Shown: positions 1 through 12,774 of the stretch, piece by piece | Numbering within the stretch: position 1 is the first letter of the stretch | Layout: the number at the start of each line of letters is the position of its first letter | Assembly: GCF_001194135.2 (NCBI RefSeq) | Contig: NC_068984.1 | Location: forward strand, 127,355,658 to 127,419,574 | Source: Octopus bimaculoides | Taxonomy: Eukaryota | DNA: 63,917 bases | Reading direction: 5' to 3' | The notes under the pieces: model-generated | What the model saw: only the letters and a program-made list of their open reading frames with translations | What the model was told of the DNA's origin: nothing | Databases searched by the model: none | Translations under genes and position numbers: made by a program

Positions 1-258
1 TAATATAGGTAGTGTAACTAAATATATATACACATGCTCCATTTAGCTTTCCTAATTACTTATATCAGAATATTTTCAAAATTACATGCTATGATCACAT
101 CATAATAGTATTTTACAGAATATTGTACTGGCTTCCATGACAAAGCTATAAATATATCTTGTGGAAATTTTGAATCACAATTTGAACAGTGCTTTCTCAC
201 AGAAAACTATATTCCTACATAACTAACCCCTGTAATATTTTCAGGTAATTATGTAACT

Positions 259-740
259 TAACATCTTCTATGCTGGCATGGATCACACAGTTAGACAGGA
301 GCTAGTAAACCAGAGGACTGTGCCACCCTTTTGATATGGTTTTTACAGCTGGATGCCCCTCCTAATGCCAACCACTGTACAGAATGGACTGATGTTTTTT
401 TATGTAGCACCAGTACCAGCAAGATCACCAAGTAATTTGCAACATAAAGTCCCCTTAAATGAGAGAGGGAGTGGTATTGAGGAAGGTGGCTTTTGCCTGG
501 TGATGAGGGGTTAGAGTATGACAGTGGTATAGAAACAAGTGTCTTGCTGTAGAGGATATACATGATTACCCCAGTCAGGGAAGGAGATAGGGTTAAAGAG
601 AGTGAGAGAAAGAGAGACGGTGGCAATGGACCAGGGCATACTCTTAAGGTACAAAGAGGTGAATATAAATGGAATGGTAGAGGGGGGCAAAGCACTGAGT
701 GGTATACACAGGTATATGGGAGGAGGGGTACAGATGACAG
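259..740 (-). mobile_element. Old SINE-like retroposon, family C/D (RTE-type tail)
   Basis: Contains the family motif ctacagctggatgccc(t)tcctaatgccaaccac and the decayed tail catcttctatgctggcatgg seen in many other copies in this window. Confidence 0.6.
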
Positions 741-952
741 GATATATATATATATATATAAAATCTGAAGTGGCAGAAAAATAACAGTGAATCACTATGT
801 GCAAAACAGAGGTCAATAAACAAATACAAGAATGAAACAATGCCCAAATTATAAGCATACCACTAAAACTGAGTTATTACAGTTCTTGCCTGAAGATTAT
901 GGTGTTGTGAAACTTGAGTCACAAGAAAAACATTCAGTTTTAATAAACTGTA

Positions 953-1375
953 TATATGTGTGCTTAATATATACATACACACACACATACACATATAAAG
1001 ATACACATATTCATACATATATATATATATACACACATATAAAGGCATACATATTTATATATATATATATATACACACATATAAGGACATACATATTCAT
1101 ATATATATATACATATAAAGACACATATATACATACATACACACATACATATATATACACACATATACATGCATACATACACACATATACATACAAACAC
1201 ACACACATATATATACACATATAAAGACCCACATATACATATATATATATATACACATATATATACACACATATATATACACATATATATACATACACAC
1301 ATGCGTGTATCCATATATACACACATATACATGCATACATATACACACATATACATACAAACACAAACGCACACA
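953..1375. repeat. Compound degenerate (TA)/(CA)/(TACA) microsatellite, about 420 bp
   Basis: Directly visible; explains the Y/I/H/T- and C/V/M/Y-rich ORFs in the track. Confidence 0.95.
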
Positions 1376-1514
1376 CTGTTATACAGTGCAGTTTAAATTC
1401 AAATTGCAAGGCAACAATATTTAGAACACCATGTGTATTTCTGTATATCTAAAGAGAAACTAGGAGGAGGAATCTCTATAAATCTCTGAAGAAATGAAGA
1501 CCTAGCAAATTTAC

Positions 1515-1549
1515 CTGCTCCAGATTGCATAATTCAGCCATAATCTTCA
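1515..1549 (-). CDS. Candidate 35-nt coding exon (xKIMAELCNLEQ) of an unidentified minus-strand host gene
   Basis: Minus strand: cttatgcatatttcag|TG AAG ATT ATG GCT GAA TTA TGC AAT CTG GAG CAG|gtaaat; only one frame open; phase 1 to 0. Confidence 0.42.
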
Positions 1550-2458
1550 CTGAAATATGCATAAGATGTAATTCATTAATTTATGATCCAACTTACCAGT
1601 TTTTGTTTTTTTTTACATGTACTCTGTGATTTTTCTAATTATGGATACAATTCATAAGAAAAATGAATTATAATGTATAAATATTCTTCACAATTTTCTC
1701 TTGCAATGTATGATAAAATATGAATTTCTAAATACTGGTTATATATTATGCAATTTAAATTGCACTATACAAATATATACATACATACACATACACATTT
1801 ATTTTCTGTATCTCTCTCTCCTCCACACATATATATATAAGAGAGATTCTGATTTACCAATATGATTATTAAATTATAGCAAGTGAACATTGTTTTTTAA
1901 TAGAACTGAAAACAAGCTTCTCTATAAGGGAGTTGAAAAGGGAATCAATTTTTGAACTTAAATAATTGGCATATACACTGTCTTGAATTATTTTCTATTG
2001 AGTTTTCTTTTTTTACAACATCAATAACCACTAGAGCTTGTTTTCAGTTCTATTATAAAACTCTGTTCATGTTATAATTTAATAATCACAACAGTAAATC
2101 AGATTTTTAATTTCTTAAGTTTTGGCAGCAAGTCTGATATCTTTTGTAAATTGATTCACACTTAGACTGGGCAGGAATACTGTTCAAACATTCCCACTGC
2201 TATTCTTATATATAACTGGCCAACTGGAACACTGTTTATGAAATAGTAGTATATGCATTTCTCATTCTTTCTATGGTACCCTCAGATGATGCATTGACAA
2301 AGTTAAGCATTATTACTTCCACACTTGCAGAAAACACACATGCACATATATACATATGATATGTGTTTGTGTGTATGTATCTATACACACACATATGTGT
2401 ATGTGTCTGAGTGTGTATGTATGTATGTATGTAGGTCATTGTTCAGTTTTATTTCAAG

Positions 2459-2538
2459 ATTTTTTGCCAATAGAGAAAGAGCCAGTTTCTAACCTAGATC
2501 CAAGGCTCCTTCATTGGAATTTCATCATCAACAACAGG
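2459..2538 (+). CDS. Weak candidate plus-strand exon (DFLPIEKEPVSNLDPRLLHWNFIINNR)
   Basis: ttcagttttatttcaag|AT...AAC AGG|gtattt; three in-frame alternative acceptors (2435, 2447, 2459); ends in phase 0. Confidence 0.25.
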
Positions 2539-4651
2539 GTATTTTTGTTTATATGTATACACGCAGCTCTGTATGTTTTGTTTTATGTATGTATTCTCAC
2601 GCATATGCTTGCATATCTAGACCTGCTCATATATACTTAAATGATAAACTCTTGGAAAGTTTTACAGTTCCAGTGATGGCTTGGATACTGGATCTTCAAA
2701 TCAGCTTCCTCCTTTCTGGTTTGAGAAGCCCAATTTCTCAAGATTGGTATTTAGACAGTGTGTTACATATCCCAGTGCCCCAATAATTACAGGCATAAAC
2801 CTAAACTTGTAATCTGGATAGAGCAACTGTAAATTTCTCAATAGTTCAGCATAGATAATATTTTTGACTGATCCTTATGTTAACATGCACTGAGCAGCTG
2901 ATTTTCACAACTGTACAGTTTGTTTATGTATGTATGTATGTACATATGTATGTATGTATGTATGTATAGTTCATAACTGAAAGAACAGTAACAGTGCCTA
3001 TCATCTTTACAGGCCCCCCACACTGGTTAAATTTTTTTTCAGCTTGAACTTCTGTGGTTCCATGTTTGTAGGGAAAGATTTCTATAAAATTGCAGATTTG
3101 GGGATACAGGATTAGCTGAAATGATTACTATGAAACCTGATGGGAGAGATATAGTCTAAAGGGAGAGGAAGGTGCATTGGGTAAAAGACAGTTTGGAAAA
3201 TGAAATAGCAACAAGTAGTCTATAAGCTGTACAAACAGAGAGAATACAATATCCCAGCAAAGAGAAGGTTTTTGCGTGTGTGTGTGTGTATGTGCATGTG
3301 CATGTGAGTGTAACAGTACAAAAGATTGTTGTGCACTGGACTTGATGTGTTGCATCTTATTTCTGAATTTGATTCTCATTGATATTGATTCAAATTTATT
3401 TTGATTTAATCCCTCTTGGAAAGATAAATCAAGTACCCATAATACCCTTGGACTTATGTTATTACATTTTATCCAAGCTAATATTAAATATAGAGACTTT
3501 ATAGTGCAATAATGTTTACATTAATTGAAAGTCTAGAAGCTGCACATTAAGGAGTGACACAACTAGTATTGCATTGATTGATTTAAGAGAATTATGTCCT
3601 AGAACCATATTAGATTACTGCTCTCACATCTGGGACAAGAGTGTACTGCTGCTACATGTACAAACATCTGGCGCTGCACTGTACACTGCAACAGATACAA
3701 ACATCTTGGCCTACATAATTTAGATAACCACTGATTCATTTACTGCAACCACTGCCCCACAGATGAGATATTTCCTCTCTGGGCATCTTCGAATGCTCCT
3801 ACAATGGCTTTTGCTTCTTGTACTGACTATCAATATACTTACTTCAGCCAACACACTTATCACTTTTCTTCTCATCACTATTGCATCTCTTGAATCTCCC
3901 ACAAAATACTTTGTTTAATATATTATTATCCTGAATTGTAACCATTTAAAACTCCCTTTTTTCCTACAAACATCAACTGTTGTTCAAAGTGAACATCAGT
4001 TGCATTGTCTCCACCAATCTAGGCAAGCATGCAGAAGGTCAAGGGTACAAGCCCATCCTCCCTTGATAATCTCAGAAAAACAAAAATATTTCCAACTTTA
4101 AAAAAGTCTTTAAAAGAAAAGTAATCAATGTGAAGAGTTTATTTCATTTGTTGCCATTCTGAGAGTGACTGTTTCCTCACACGAGATTACAACTAAGTAG
4201 ATAAAATACATTTGATGTAAATGTGTTGGAAAGTAAAATATTGATCATCTATTTGGTTGCTAGTAGTTATGATATAACATGGAGCTTCTACTTTTCCCAG
4301 ACACAACACAACTTACATATGAAAAACTGTTTTCATGCTTTCATGTTATTTTCAACAATTTATGCTTAGCCTGTTTACAGATAAAATTACTTATGAATCT
4401 TGCATATTAATGAATTCTTGAGAATTTTTTGTTTTCTTGTAATTTTTCCCCAGAAATTCTATTCCTGTCCAAGAACAATTTTTTTCCAGGTTGAAACTTA
4501 TATTATGCTACTTTTATATTTTTGCTTTAAAAGTATTTAACTGGGTAAAATATTACTTAAAATAAAACTGAGACTAACTACGTAGGCTACCTACTCCTTG
4601 ACTTTTCTATCCTTGGTCTGTAGTCTTTTTATTAAGGGCACTGCTTGTGTG

Positions 4652-5150
4652 TTTTAGATATATATATTACCACTCTCTCTCTTCCCTTTACACCGGCATG
4701 GTCACATGCTTCCGGTCAATAATCCTTTCCTTCCTTGGCTTTCGCCAAGCAACGCACGCACCACTTTGTCCCTCTCGGGTCTGTGCCTCATCGCGTTCAT
4801 ACACACATAATTTTTCTCGTCTGGCCATAAAGCCTTTTCTGTTTGTTTTCCAGTCTTGTTTTTTGTCCGCCACTACATTCCTCCATGGCTAGATTTAATT
4901 TGCGTACACAAATTTACTCTGCGATCCATGAGACGAGCCGTTTTAGCGATGCGTCCTGCCCAAGCTCGTCGAAACGCCAGTGTTAAAACGTGGGTGGCTG
5001 ATGAAGGAGAATGTTCTCTATGTGGCTCGTGTGTTCTCGTCTACGTTTGTTTGCAATGTCCTGTACCCGGATATGCACCTATACATACAGGTGGATGTCG
5101 GTATGCACATACCTGTACGTATATATGCATATACTCATTTACTATTTGTT
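4652..5150. mobile_element. CpG-rich repeat fragment, probably a Penelope-like terminal region, flanked by (TA)n
   Basis: Abrupt rise in GC/CpG between TA runs; carries GAAAC (4971) and CTGATGA (4998) hammerhead half-motifs; class is inferred. Confidence 0.45.

Positions 5151-5156
<6 letters not shown>

Positions 5157-5198
<42 letters not shown>
5157..5198. repeat. (TA)n microsatellite
   Basis: Perfect run of about 21 units. Confidence 0.95.
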
Positions 5199-5201
<3 letters not shown>

Positions 5202-6974
5202 TGCCTTATGCTAACACAATTTTTACTTAAATGTTGTCTCCTCCAACCCTATATCATGCAGCAATTAAGATGATTTTATTTGAATGTAATACTTCAAATA
5301 AGATGATTTTACTTGAATCATAAGAAAGCAGTGCATTGAGCTGTATTTTCTATAAGCATCTACTTATACTAGAAGGTGGGTGAGAGACATTAATAAAGCC
5401 TTGCATACAAATATACATTTTAACAATGGAACTAGTTCTTCTTGGTGCCAACTCTCAGTTTTACTCATATCCATAAATGGGATGCATAAGTCATCTTTCA
5501 GGTGAAGCTTATCGTTTTCATCACATTTTTGTCTTACCCAGTATCAACTTCTTTGTCCCTGTAGTTATTCTGGCTGCTCTAATGTAAAATTCTCATTTCA
5601 TAGCAATATGCAATTACGTAAGCTATAAATTTTTCACAGCATGATGCATACAAACTTCCTCTTTAATACTTTATCACTAGCTTGAGGAATTTATTGGTGT
5701 AGCAGATATACAAAGTCATAACATTTATGCCTTTCTCAAAAAGGCATTAATGATAAAAATGAAATATCTTCACTGGGAACTGACCTCTGTTGGTGCTATC
5801 TTCATAAATTTATATTGAAATTGTCTGTTGCTATCAAGAGCTACATTAGAATATTCTATTATTTAACTAGAGAACCACTGTCTGTAGATATTGATTCAAT
5901 GCTTTGTTTGAAGCTAAAGATAGGTGTTTTTTTTATGATTTGACCAGTGGCTCCCACATAGACTAGTATATAACACATCTTGGTCAAAGAAACACCAAGT
6001 GAACTTTGGGGAGATCATAATTATACAGTATTAATTAATTATTAAGCTTGTTGAAAATCTAAAACTGATATATTTTTTTTTATGTTAAACATTTGAAAAT
6101 GCAGAAACTGTTGATTAGCTAATTTTTGGCATTAGAACAATTCTTTGTATTCATAGTGTCTGGTTTACAACTGACAGAACCCATATTGATTTTATTCATA
6201 ATGTTTGACATTTTCAAATATTGCCAAAAACTGACTGGTTTAAAAACACAAAAGGAAACAAAAAAAAAAAAAACAAAAAAACAAATGGGTGGCAGTAGGG
6301 TGTTAGAACAGTTTGAAATTATTCAATAGTTCTCTCAATTTCAATAAGAATTCTTCAAATTTAATATCAATCATTTTATAACATTGATATTATAAATTGA
6401 TCTTTTACATTTCCTACCAATGTTTCAAACACCATCAGTGTTTCTTTTCTTCCTTGTTTGTGTGTATTATGTGTGTGAGTATGCATGTGTAAAGATTAAA
6501 ATTTCAATTTTTCCTTGTTAACTTGCAATTGTTTCAGTATAGGAGGAGAACAATTCCATAACTGAATTGTAATGTTGAAAGTAGTATGTAAATAGCTGCA
6601 ATAAAGTTAATTTGTAGTTGATACAAATTCAATTTACTAACACCATTTGTTTGGTTAACTGACATATGTGGAGAACAGAATATATATACTTGGGACTTTG
6701 CAGTAGAATGTTTGGATGTGTTTTTTTTTTAACTTGATAGCAGGTAAGAACAAACAAACTTAAAGAATAAAGTATAATGCAACAAACTTTCAAAGTAACA
6801 ACATTCTCAAATAGAAACCACATAAACTGAAATCTGATACCAAGGGATGTTACTGAATAAAAGACAACCAACTAATTCAAATCAAAAAGAGATTTGATAT
6901 TGAAAGAATATTAAATACAAAACACTCTTCTAATGTGCTCAAAGAACCTTTAGAAACAAAAATTATTATTTACT

Positions 6975-7178
6975 GGTTGTTGTTCAGTTTGGATTAAACA
7001 AACCTATAATCAAAAGTGTCCCATTCACCACTCGATCATAATTTTCAAGCATAATATAATTTGGACTACATTATCAAATGCTTGTTTTTTTTATTTTTAA
7101 GACAAGTGGTGACTTGAGGAAGATTTGACTGTTATTCCTAGTAAGTCAAGACCATGGTGAGCATTCCTCATTAGCTCA
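6975..7178 (-). mobile_element. SINE family E (CAA-tailed), old copy
   Basis: ttgttg tail, acctat(g/a)atcaaa, gactacattatc and gaggaagatttg motifs shared with copies at 10824, 11155, 17311, 51693. Confidence 0.6.
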
Positions 7179-8899
7179 TTTACTGGTTGTGTCAACTAGG
7201 TAAACTGTTGTTTGGTTAGGTCAAACAACATAAACTGTTGTTATTCAGGACAATATAACTTAATTCATTGTTCAACTGAATGATGTGTTTTTTATAAAAA
7301 CATTTCACTTTGAGGTAGTATTTGGTCAAAAAGAGCTTTCAAAGCTCAGCTCTTAAACTAAAAGCTCTAAAACCAAAACTAAAACCAAGATTTTCTGATC
7401 TTGTCCATGTGAAAAGGAAATATGTACTTGGATGCTGGCAGACTGCACCACGAATATGTTACAGCTTCCACATCAGTACTTCCTGTCACCACAGTCCAAA
7501 GTTTGTCACGCCCAACTTATTATACACAAATACACACATACACATAGACAGATGATTTTAAGATTGACCATCCTTCCCCGTCCCCTGCACACACACAGCA
7601 ATCCCATTCTTCTGCACCCCAGCCTGCACTCCCCACTCCTTACACAATGAAGGATCACTATCTGATCCTTGTCCTATGAAAATAGTTCTAGAAGAAATTC
7701 CCCTCTGAACTTCTTCCACCAAGTCTTTTTTTTTACATTCTGGATTTCACAGCACACACAACTACAATGTGACACTTCATGACTTCCAGTAGAAAAGAGC
7801 CAGCATCTTATTCTTTCTATAAGCCTTTCTGAGAAATTCTGGGATTGAGTTTTTCCCAAACTCTAATGTACAAACCTGACTGGTAAAATAGGTGAAATGG
7901 ATTTATAGTACTGCATAGTAAAGCTATTAATATAGTCAATCTGTTGTTAAATATAGGAGTGTGAGATTTTCTGCCTCATGGATTCTTAAACTACACACAC
8001 ACAAATATAACCATCATTATATATATATATATATATTGAGAGAGGTAGATCCTTCCCTTTTAATTAAACTATTTACAATATGTTGAGATTCCTATAATAT
8101 TTTGATGCGTGGTTCTTTTTCTCTTTCATTTACACAAATTTTAAAGAAATTATTGTCAATTATCTCAGATAACAGCTTTCAAGTTGGTTTTATAATCGAT
8201 AACTGTTTGCAGGATATTAAAATAAATTCATATAAAATTTATCAATAATTTAATCAATCATAATGTTCAAAAATGTTTAAGACAATTGAATGATTTATCA
8301 AATTCTTCCCCTGGTGATATCATTTATTACTGAAGTAGGCAAATTTATGTTGTTTTTTTTTGTATGTCAGTAGATATCAAACAAAACTTAAATGAGAACA
8401 ATAGAGTTCTAAAAAATAGAGTTCCTGTTGTAGATGGTCAATAGATATGTAGTCATTCTTGTAGATCAGAGATTCTTAAACTTTAACCATAGTGACCCAT
8501 TTTGGTAAATCAATGATAGCTTCCTGCCAACTTTTTTTTTAATATATTGCATTAAACTTTTTGTACTTTCTTTTGAGAAATATTTATCAGATTTTATTTG
8601 CAGCAGAATGTGTTGTAGCACTTATGCCTATGGCATATTGTATGACTTAAAATAATGAGTTTATTGTATACAGTGTTAAGGTGCACCTCAACATATTCAT
8701 CAACTTTTCTATTTTATCAAATATTTCAAAAGAAGACTTTTTTTCGCAACCTTTTCAGAATTACCCTATGGCCCAATGTTATAGATTATCATTTCTTGAG
8801 TATAGACAGAAACTAATGTAGATAGTTACTTGAGGAGATAATCACTGGAGTTGTTGTTTAGCTACAGGACAGCTCTGTTTGAACAGATCTTTCATCAAA

Positions 8900-9791
8900 G
8901 GTGTTCACGCATGGCTCTGTGGTATATGAAGAACTACTTTGTCCGATGTATGCTTCCTTAAGTTACGGTTGTGATTTCAGGAAAGTCTGACACATTTCTA
9001 GCAGTTTGAGTAGTTAAACAAAGGCTTTTTCTTTGGCTCACGATTACTGAGGTTGGTGGTGATTGGTGCATATGCTTGCTGCTACTGGTAGACAATAATT
9101 ACTAGTACAGATTTCACTAGGTTAGGTGGTCATTTGCATGTAAGCTTTTGTTTGTACCCTGATAATGGAGGTTCGATTTATCCAATGTTTATCTGCTTCC
9201 ATTACTGGCTGCATATTTTGGTGAACTACATCTACCAACATTATGGATCTCTGAGCCCCAACCTGTAACTCCTCCCCTTTAATTTTCTCTTATTCGGTAT
9301 AAGTTTGATCTGTTAATAATATATAACTATCTTTATATTTATACTTCAATATTCATCATCTGAAAATCTTTGCTTTCTTTCTGTTTACGTGTATATCATC
9401 ATCAGCATCATCCATCATTTTAAATCTGGGTGTTGTCCCCGTTAACAGGGATGGCCGGATCTACCTCAGCGCCATAGCAACAGGTCTGTATGATGTTACT
9501 TCATTTGGGTTTTTGTTGGTCTTTGTAATATTTATAATTTTGCTTTAGTCCAGCATCCAGATTCTGAAGATTTGACAGTGTTGGTACAAGCAGTTGTAGA
9601 AGGTCTATTTGTTTATCTTTTACTTCTTTCAGCCACTAGACTGTGACCATACTAGGGCACTACCTTGCAAGGTTATGTGTCACAAATTGAGCCCAGTATA
9701 TTTATTCTATCAGTCTCTTTTGCTGAATCACTGAGTTATAGGGATGTAAACCAAAACTAGTTGTTAAGCAGTGGGACACACTCAAACCCAC

Positions 9792-9839
<48 letters not shown>

Positions 9840-10800
9840 CAGGCTTCCATACAGCAACTGCCTACCAAATTTACTCACAAGGTATAGGCTAACCAGAGGC
9901 TGCAATAAAAGAAGCTTGCCCTGAAACTGAACCTGAAATCACATTGTTGCAAAGTGAACTTCTTAACCACACAGCCATGTCATGTGTTTTTAGATTTCTT
10001 TAATGCATTTTGGGAGTTTTAGAAAAGGACCAAGTCAAAATCATTGTCTCGGCCGGAGGTATATATTTTTGTTTACTCCTCTTTGTATGGTATCTTGGTG
10101 GCTAATATTCGACAAATATCTAAGGGTGTTTTGTTGCAGTTGAAGTATGAGTGTATTATTTAAGGCTGTCACTGTAAAAAAGGAGTGTGATGTGATTTTT
10201 GTTGCTGTTGACAATGATGATGCTAATTACTCCATTATAATGTTTTACTGTTAGTTTTGTGATTTACGTTGGATACAAATGTTGCTTATTTTCTATTTTC
10301 CTATAGTCTATTTACTTATCTTGTCATATCCTTGTTTAGGTCTTTGATGCAGAGTTTTATTTCAGTTGTGTGTGGTTTTTGTGTTTAAGGTTGTCTCTGT
10401 TTTAAAGTTGGTTATTTCTAGTGTTGGGTTTTTTTTATTAGTCTTTAGAGTTGTAATAATTTTGCTTTTGTCCAACTTCCAGATTTTTTTGTTACCTTGC
10501 CTTGTGGAATATATTTTTTAGATGCTTCTATAATTATTTTATTGAGTGTACGTACAGCAGAGTCTATGTTAGAAACTGTTTTTGAATTCCGAGAATCTTT
10601 ATAGTTTTTATTTTATTATTATTATTTTTTTTTTTGGTGTATTTATTCTATTGTGTTTCTTTGAAGTTCGTTAAAGTATTTTTATTTTCTTCACTGATGT
10701 GTGAGAGTGTTGTATTGATAATTTGTAGGTGGTCTGTGGAAAGTTAAGAGAATTGTTTGCCAAGTGATAGTGGTAGCTAAGTATGAGGAACAGAAGGTGA
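8900..10800 (-). mobile_element. Decayed I-group (Jockey/Ingi-like) LINE ORF2 remnant, interrupted by later insertions
   Basis: Minus-strand peptides: CSSYLATTITWQT (end of endonuclease, ~10770), AVRTLNKIIIEASKKYIPQGK (linker, 10497-10560), YAA..W, DHL and LPVAAS (RT C-terminus, 9074-9215); many stops and frameshifts. Confidence 0.55.
9612..9980 (-). mobile_element. SINE family A, old copy with central (CA)n, nested in the I-group LINE
   Basis: cttttacttctttcagccactagactg tail and ttaaccacacagccatg head; (CA)n at 9794-9837. Confidence 0.7.
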
Positions 10801-10823
10801 TAAGAAGAGAAGAGTTATTGTAA

Positions 10824-10930
10824 TTGTTGTTTAACCCCTGGTCAACACTAATTGAGCAGACCTATGATGAAAGGCATTCTATCTTGTCTTTTTCCTATGT
10901 GCAAGGAACCTAAGACTACATTAATTCAGT
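10824..10930 (-). mobile_element. SINE family E fragment
   Basis: ttgttgtttaacccctggtcaac...gagcagacctatgatgaaaggcattc. Confidence 0.65.
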
Positions 10931-11154
10931 GAGGCCTTAGCATAATACAACGTGTGTTTATGTGTTAGTGTGACTAGTTTATAGTGTATATATCGGATTG
11001 TAGTTAGGGTGATGTTTATAGTCAATGGAACTTCTATATATTGAAGTATGTGATTCTAGTGATATATACAGTCATTGTAACAAAAACATATTGAAGTGTA
11101 TAGTTGTGGTAATATATATATATATATAGTCATTGTAACATAAAACGTTGGAAG

Positions 11155-11342
11155 TTGTTATTGCTCTGAACAAGCAGATTTATGATTAAAGATGTTATAG
11201 CTTTAACTGTATAATATTTTATTAAGACATAACATATCTAGGATTACATTATTTAATATGTTCTTCCTCTTTTAAGATAGCATGATCTGAGGAAGATTTG
11301 TTTACTACTTCTAGCATAACCATGTACAGGCTTCTTCAGTGG
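11155..11342 (-). mobile_element. SINE family E, old copy
   Basis: aagcagatttatgattaaag...ggattacattatt...gaggaagatttg. Confidence 0.55.
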
Positions 11343-11454
11343 GGTGTATAGTTGTGATAATATAGATAGATATAGGATAGATGAATGAGGTGATGATTGT
11401 GATCTGGGTAAAATATAAAACTGCATTCATGATGCAGTTCTAACCACCTGAAGG

Positions 11455-11650
11455 ATGTGTGATCATTGCAGTTGCTAGAAGTAGCAACTATATTTCCCTT
11501 CTATCACGTCCAATCTTTAAAAACATTGGCAGGTGACATTAGATAATGTGATCGTAGATGTGTCACATCTGTTAGAGATGAGATGGCATGGTTAGAGTGT
11601 CTTTAATTAAGTGTTTATTCGATTAGGACTGACCTGGGAATAAACAACCA
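11455..11650 (+). mobile_element. SINE family E, old copy, inverted relative to 11155-11342
   Basis: gctagaagtagcaac...gactgacctgggaataaacaac. Confidence 0.55.
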
Positions 11651-12029
11651 CTGATATATATGGAATAGTGTATCTACCACATTCATCTGTCACTCTACAT
11701 GCCATTCTTCATGTAGCCAAAATTTTTAGGCCCTTCTTCAATGGGGACTTTGCATTCAACACAGAGCCAGGAGAGGCCAAACAGTTGTTAATCCTTTACA
11801 GAGCAACACTACATGGGAGAAATCCTCTGGGACAGTATACACACACTCACACACACACACACACACACACAAATATTCTATGCCTCATCCAAGAAAAGAT
11901 CATTAGTTTGATAGCAAAGCTCTCCTCATTGTCCCACTGTTTTTTCTAACCACTCCACCACCCACATATTCAGTCCCAGCTGCTAAACTTTAACAATTCA
12001 AATTATAATTTGACTAATTGGTTATTTCC

Positions 12030-12358
12030 AACCCGTGCCAGTGGCATATAAAAAGCACCATTTGAGCATGGTCGTTACCAGTGCCACCTGATTGGCTCCC
12101 ATGCAGGTAGCATGTAAAAAACACCTTTTGAGTGTGGTCATTGCCAGAACCGCTTGACTGGCCCTCATGCTGGTGTCACGTAAAAAGTACCCACTACACT
12201 CTCAGAATGGTTGGCATTAGGAAGGGCATCCAGCTGTAGAAATTATGCCAGATCAGAACAGAGCCTGGTGCAGCCTTCTAGCTTGCCAGCCCTCAGTCGA
12301 ACCATCCAATCCATGCCAGCATGGAAATCGGACGTTAAACTACGATGATGATGATGAT
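12030..12358 (+). mobile_element. SINE family D with internal subrepeats and RTE-type (TGA)n tail
   Basis: ggttggcattaggaagggcatccagctgtagaaa...ccatgccagcatggaaatcggacgttaaac...gatgatgatg. Confidence 0.8.
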
Positions 12359-12461
12359 ATATGTATTATGATGAATGTAAACAAACCAACATTTTCTTTA
12401 GAAGCGTTGAAATGTGTATTGTGAGATACAAATAAGATAATATGGTAAAATACAAATAAGG

Positions 12462-12716
12462 TCATCATCATCATCATTTAACATCTGTTGTCCTTGCTGG
12501 CATGGGTTGGACGGTTTGACTGGGCTGGCATGGTTCTTTATGGCTGGATGTGCTTCCTAATGCCAACCACTCCAAGAGTGTAACGGGTGCTTTTACATGC
12601 CACTGGCATGGGTGCCATTTGTGTGACACCGGGGTGTGTTTACGTGCTACCAGCATGGGTGTCAATTTGCGTGATACTGGTATCTGCCACGACTGTGATT
12701 TGCTCGGCTTGATGGG
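12462..12716 (-). mobile_element. SINE family D variant, tail-to-tail with 12030-12358
   Basis: catcatcatttaacatctg...ctggcatgggttggacgg...gctggatgtgcttcctaatgccaaccactcc. Confidence 0.8.
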
Positions 12717-12774
12717 TTTGATACGTTTGAAAATAAACTATTACCTTATATATATATATGTGTGTGTGCGTGTA

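Noticed and set aside
832-1409. Several 90-136 aa ORFs on both strands
   Set aside because: They arise from TA/CA microsatellites, which lack stop codons; the same holds for most Y/I/H/T-rich track entries elsewhere
3843-3915. Perfect minus-strand donor GAA|gtaagtat with an open frame (GDSRDAIVMRRKVISVLAE)
   Set aside because: No pyrimidine-rich acceptor inside the open part of the frame
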